The notes under the pieces were generated by a model that saw only the letters and a program-made list of their open reading frames with translations, had not been told where the DNA came from and did no database searches. From NCBI GenBank assembly GCA_032718475.1, contig JAUCBJ010001404.1:1-51223 (forward strand): a stretch of 51,223 nt of DNA. The letters run 5' to 3'. Below are positions 47,549 to 51,223 of the stretch, piece after piece; within the stretch, counting starts at the first letter, position 1; each line of letters starts with the position of its first letter. The stretch is from Nemertoderma westbladi (taxonomy: Eukaryota > Animalia > Xenacoelomorpha). A program made the translations under genes and the position numbers.

Positions 47549-50500
47549 GGGTAAGACGGGTAAAATGGGACATGGGGTAAAACAGTAAAATGGGACATGT
47601 CGGGGTAAAATGGGACATGCATATTTTTGGCCAATTTTTTTTAAAGAACACTTTTAGGTCTGTTTTAATATATTTTTAATTGAGAAACTAAGTGTTACAT
47701 TGTTATATATCACATATGATGAGATCAAGATCACGCGATGAAAGCAATTTGTTAAGCGCGGATACACTTTAAAGTTTGGACACTTCCTATCATTCATTTT
47801 CTTTGATATTATATGCATTAGAATCGCAATCATCGATTTAGTGGGTCTAGAACAAGTCCAATTGTCCAAATTCCTGATCGTTTTTGAGTTACACAGATTT
47901 GTAGTTTTACCTTGATAGATGTAGATAGGTGTGTAACTCCGTAAATAATGCCTAGATGATTTTTCTCTGTGATTGTTGAGATTTATAGCTTTTATAGCTA
48001 CTATTGCATTTAGTTATTAGGCCTAGCTCATACTGGTCTTAACTACTCATACTAACAATGCCTCATGTCGACCAACCCACCCGCTTTCGCGAAGGAAACA
48101 TTCCACGCATCTTAGACCTAGTCCTAACATCTGAACGTGACATGGTAGATAAAATTTCCTACACACCCCCTCTTGGAGCTAGTGACCACGTTGTCCTCGA
48201 GATTAGCCTGACCACACTTTCAAGTCCAGCATCACCTGTAACTGAATATAAAGTATTATCAAAGGCAAACTATAATGCAATGGCGACATATATACAGTCA
48301 TTCAATTGGATAGAAGTCCTAACACCAATGGATACAACTGAGGCATGTGCATGTCTTTACAAAACTCTTGAGTATTGTATACATAAATATATACCTGTCA
48401 AAAAATGCCGTTCATACAACTACCCCAAATGGATGACCAGGGATGTGCGCAAACTCATTTCCCTGAAGAAATCAGCATGGCGAACCTTCCGGAGGACCAA
48501 TACACCTTCTGCCTACAACACATATAAACAAAGGAGAAATATTTGCAATGATGCTGTGAAAAAATCCAAACAAGATTACGAGCGCTCAGTAGCACTAGCA
48601 GCCAGCAAAGACCCGAAACAGTTCTGGAAATTTGTGCGGTCGAAAACAAAGTCTCGCGGCACAATAGCCTCCTTGAAAGACAAGCAGGGAAATATAGCAA
48701 CATCTAATGTTGACAAAGCAGAAGTTTTGAATCAACAATACTTTTCTACTTTTACTACCGAGGACACACATTCTGTTCCTGATACATCAACCTCAATTCC
48801 AGAAGCAACAATTAACTGGGTAGAATTTACACCATCTGTGGTGGAACAAGCTGCATCTCAGATAAACTCATCTGGTGCCCCTGGCCCTGATGGAATCTTC
48901 CCGATACTCATAGTGACACTCATCGCCGTACTGGCTCTACCCCTCTCTATTATTTTTCAGAAGTCGTTGGAAAGCGGCATTGTTCCCCAGCCTTGGAAGG
49001 AAGCAAATATTACGCCTATATTCAAGCGTGGAGTCCGCTACCTTCCTATAAACTACCGGCCTGTTAGCTTGACCTCGATTCTCTGCAAGCTAATGGAAAG
49101 AATCATAGCCAATAACTTATACTCTTTCTGGAAAGAGTTCTCTCTGCTAACCATGGCACAGTATGGATTTCAAAGAGGAAAGTCATGCACAATCCAACTC
49201 ATTGACGTTGTGTTCCAGTGGGCAAAGGCCCTGGATGAAGGCAAATGCATAGATGTTGTATACCTAGATTTCCTCAAGGCGTTTGACACTGTGCCACACC
49301 AGCGATTAATTAAAAAGATGGAGAATATGGGGATTTCTGGTTCCCTGCTTGTATGGCTCAGGTCATTTATTACAGGTCGCTGGCAACGAGTCGTAGTTGG
49401 CGGGTCTCACTCCAAATGGGTTCCCGTTCTTAGTGGAGTACCTCAAGGGAGTATTTTGGGCGTTCTTTGCTATCTGGGATTTATTAACGATCTACCGGAC
49501 GCTGTGACATGGATAATACACCTCTTCGCAGACGACACTAAGGACAGTGCCATATTTACCCCATCCCCATATCTAACATGCGGGCCCCTCCAAAACGATC
49601 TTGACAACCTTTACAGATGGAGTGTCGTGTGGCAGCAGCTATTTAATAATGACAAATGCAAAATTATGCACATAGGAAGGACAAACCCAAAGTTTGCTTA
49701 CACCCTGGGAGATATTACCAACCAGCATCACCTTGCGGAAACTACAACAGAAAAAGATCTTGGTGTTTACTTCCAGAATAATCTACATTTCAGCATCCAC
49801 ATCGCCAACATTGTTAAGAAAGCAAACAGCCATCTTGGTCTTATATACCGCAGCTTTAATCATATAGATGGCGATATATTTCTTGGGTTATATAAGAGTA
49901 TGGTTCGTCCCATTCTTGAATATTCATCTGTGGTTTGGTCTCCAAAAAAAATTGGCGAATCGAAACTAATCGAAGGAGTACAACGCCGCGCGACGCGGCT
50001 TGTCTCAGGTCTCCGTGATCTCGATTATCCTTCACGCCTTCGTAAGTTGGGTCTGCCAACGTTGGAATACCGGCGCCACCGCGCCGATATGATCCAAGTC
50101 TATAAACTGCTGACCGGTCTCGATAACGCAGACTACCGCACTTACTTCACATTGGATCCTTCCAGTCGTCGCGGACACTCTCTGAAGTTATTCAAACCTC
50201 GGGCGCGTTTGGTATTATGTAATGACACCTTTAGCTATCGAGTAATCGACGATTGGAACAGTCTTACCGAATCTGTTGTTTCATCGCCGACTCTAAACAC
50301 ATTCAAGTCAAGGCTAAACGAACACTATAAGAATTTGCCATTGAAATTTTCCCCATCCTGGTGGTAGTACCGTATAATAATTAATTAATTTAATTAACCA
50401 TCGCCATCCAAATATCAACATTTATTTTATTTAAGATTTAATTTGTATGAAATGTAATTATGTGAATATTAGCAATTTTTGAGTGGAGAGAATTATTTTT

Positions 50501-51126
50501 ATCGTTTCTTAATCCTTTTAGGCTATCTATCTTTTTATATCACTTATCATTTTGTCACTTGTGAAACACAACTAATTTTTACCATGGTTCAAGTTCATGC
50601 TATTCTAAAAAATCGAAAGTGTACGTGTCATTACAAATTGGACAATGCTATTGTCAATGCATTTATTTTATTATACAAACAGTACCGCAGGTGAATATAA
50701 TCACTGTACATGTACATACATACAGTGATTATGACTATTTTATTTATTTACTCATTTAACAGTGTGTATATATATATATAAATATCTTTTGTAATATGTT
50801 TGCCAATCTTAATTATTTTAATGCTTCCTTTTACTCGTTAGTCGTTACACTGTCTAGCGTCACTCTACCTTATTTTATTTTGAGCTGTTGACGCAACTTT
50901 CCAGTAGAATATATTTTACTTGCCTCTTTTCTTACTTACTCTACGTAAAACAAAATACCGGTATATTGTCTCAAACTAATTTAACAGTACTTTATTATTG
51001 TGATTTATTTGTGAATTATGGGTGCTAAAAGTATATACACTTTCCGTATCACCCTTTAACTATTAAACTATTAAACTATTAAACTCATGTCCCACTTTAC
51101 CCCGGATGTCCCACTTTACCCCACTC
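47549..51126. mobile_element. Non-autonomous DNA element with GGGGTAAA(A/G)TGGGACA subterminal repeats (pogo/Tc-mariner-like), interrupted by CR1
   Basis: Three GTAAAATGGGACAT motifs follow TA at 47547-47618, and two inverted ATGTCCCACTTTACCCC motifs lie at 51087-51122. Pairing of the two ends is inferred. Confidence 0.55.
48058..50367 (+). CDS. CR1-clade LINE ORF2, 5'-truncated (end of APE endonuclease plus complete RT)
   Basis: Motifs PTRFR..ILDLVLT, APGPDG, NYRPVSLTS, QYGF, VYLDFLKAFD, SGVPQGSILG, LFADD, KDLGV, YKSMVRPILEY and VQRRATR. The ORF is uninterrupted and followed by a short TAAT-repeat tail to ~50397. Confidence 0.95.
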   Translation: MPHVDQPTRFREGNIPRILDLVLTSERDMVDKISYTPPLGASDHVVLEISLTTLSSPASPVTEYKVLSKANYNAMATYIQSFNWIEVLTPMDTTEACACLYKTLEYCIHKYIPVKKCRSYNYPKWMTRDVRKLISLKKSAWRTFRRTNTPSAYNTYKQRRNICNDAVKKSKQDYERSVALAASKDPKQFWKFVRSKTKSRGTIASLKDKQGNIATSNVDKAEVLNQQYFSTFTTEDTHSVPDTSTSIPEATINWVEFTPSVVEQAASQINSSGAPGPDGIFPILIVTLIAVLALPLSIIFQKSLESGIVPQPWKEANITPIFKRGVRYLPINYRPVSLTSILCKLMERIIANNLYSFWKEFSLLTMAQYGFQRGKSCTIQLIDVVFQWAKALDEGKCIDVVYLDFLKAFDTVPHQRLIKKMENMGISGSLLVWLRSFITGRWQRVVVGGSHSKWVPVLSGVPQGSILGVLCYLGFINDLPDAVTWIIHLFADDTKDSAIFTPSPYLTCGPLQNDLDNLYRWSVVWQQLFNNDKCKIMHIGRTNPKFAYTLGDITNQHHLAETTTEKDLGVYFQNNLHFSIHIANIVKKANSHLGLIYRSFNHIDGDIFLGLYKSMVRPILEYSSVVWSPKKIGESKLIEGVQRRATRLVSGLRDLDYPSRLRKLGLPTLEYRRHRADMIQVYKLLTGLDNADYRTYFTLDPSSRRGHSLKLFKPRARLVLCNDTFSYRVIDDWNSLTESVVSSPTLNTFKSRLNEHYKNLPLKFSPSWW

Positions 51127-51223
51127 GGGGTAAAGTGGGACACTGCGATTTTTTTTAAAATAAACCACCTGAACCAAAGGCTCAGGGGGTTATTTTGGTA
51201 CAATCTGATAGCCCAGAGTTCAA

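Overview
This is an AT-rich, repeat-dense eukaryotic window, most likely from an invertebrate animal. It contains no prokaryotic genes, rRNA or true CRISPR array. The host genes are three co-oriented paralogous multi-C2H2 zinc-finger genes (16, 12 and 10 fingers). They use non-canonical KGIKY/KDIKY linkers and HX4H spacing, and carry an N-terminal 10-aa IKKE/IKKD repeat that matches the SUMO consensus. Around them is a set of transposons. There are two different Bel/Pao LTR elements that both lack RT/integrase, one of which keeps an intact 1376-aa Gag-protease ORF. There is a young 5'-truncated CR1 LINE, three decayed LINE fragments, a tRNA-derived SINE head and Helitron-like elements. There are also many non-autonomous DNA transposons with readable TIRs and TSDs (MULE foldbacks, EnSpm-like, P-like, hAT-like, Harbinger-like and TA-target elements), some nested three deep, plus a 68-bp satellite that also occurs as dispersed single units. 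The best candidates for something new are a lineage-specific, fast-evolving zinc-finger family that may act as a KRAB-ZFP analogue, and Gag-protease-only Bel/Pao elements. All calls were made by eye, and superfamily labels are inferred from termini and TSD length.
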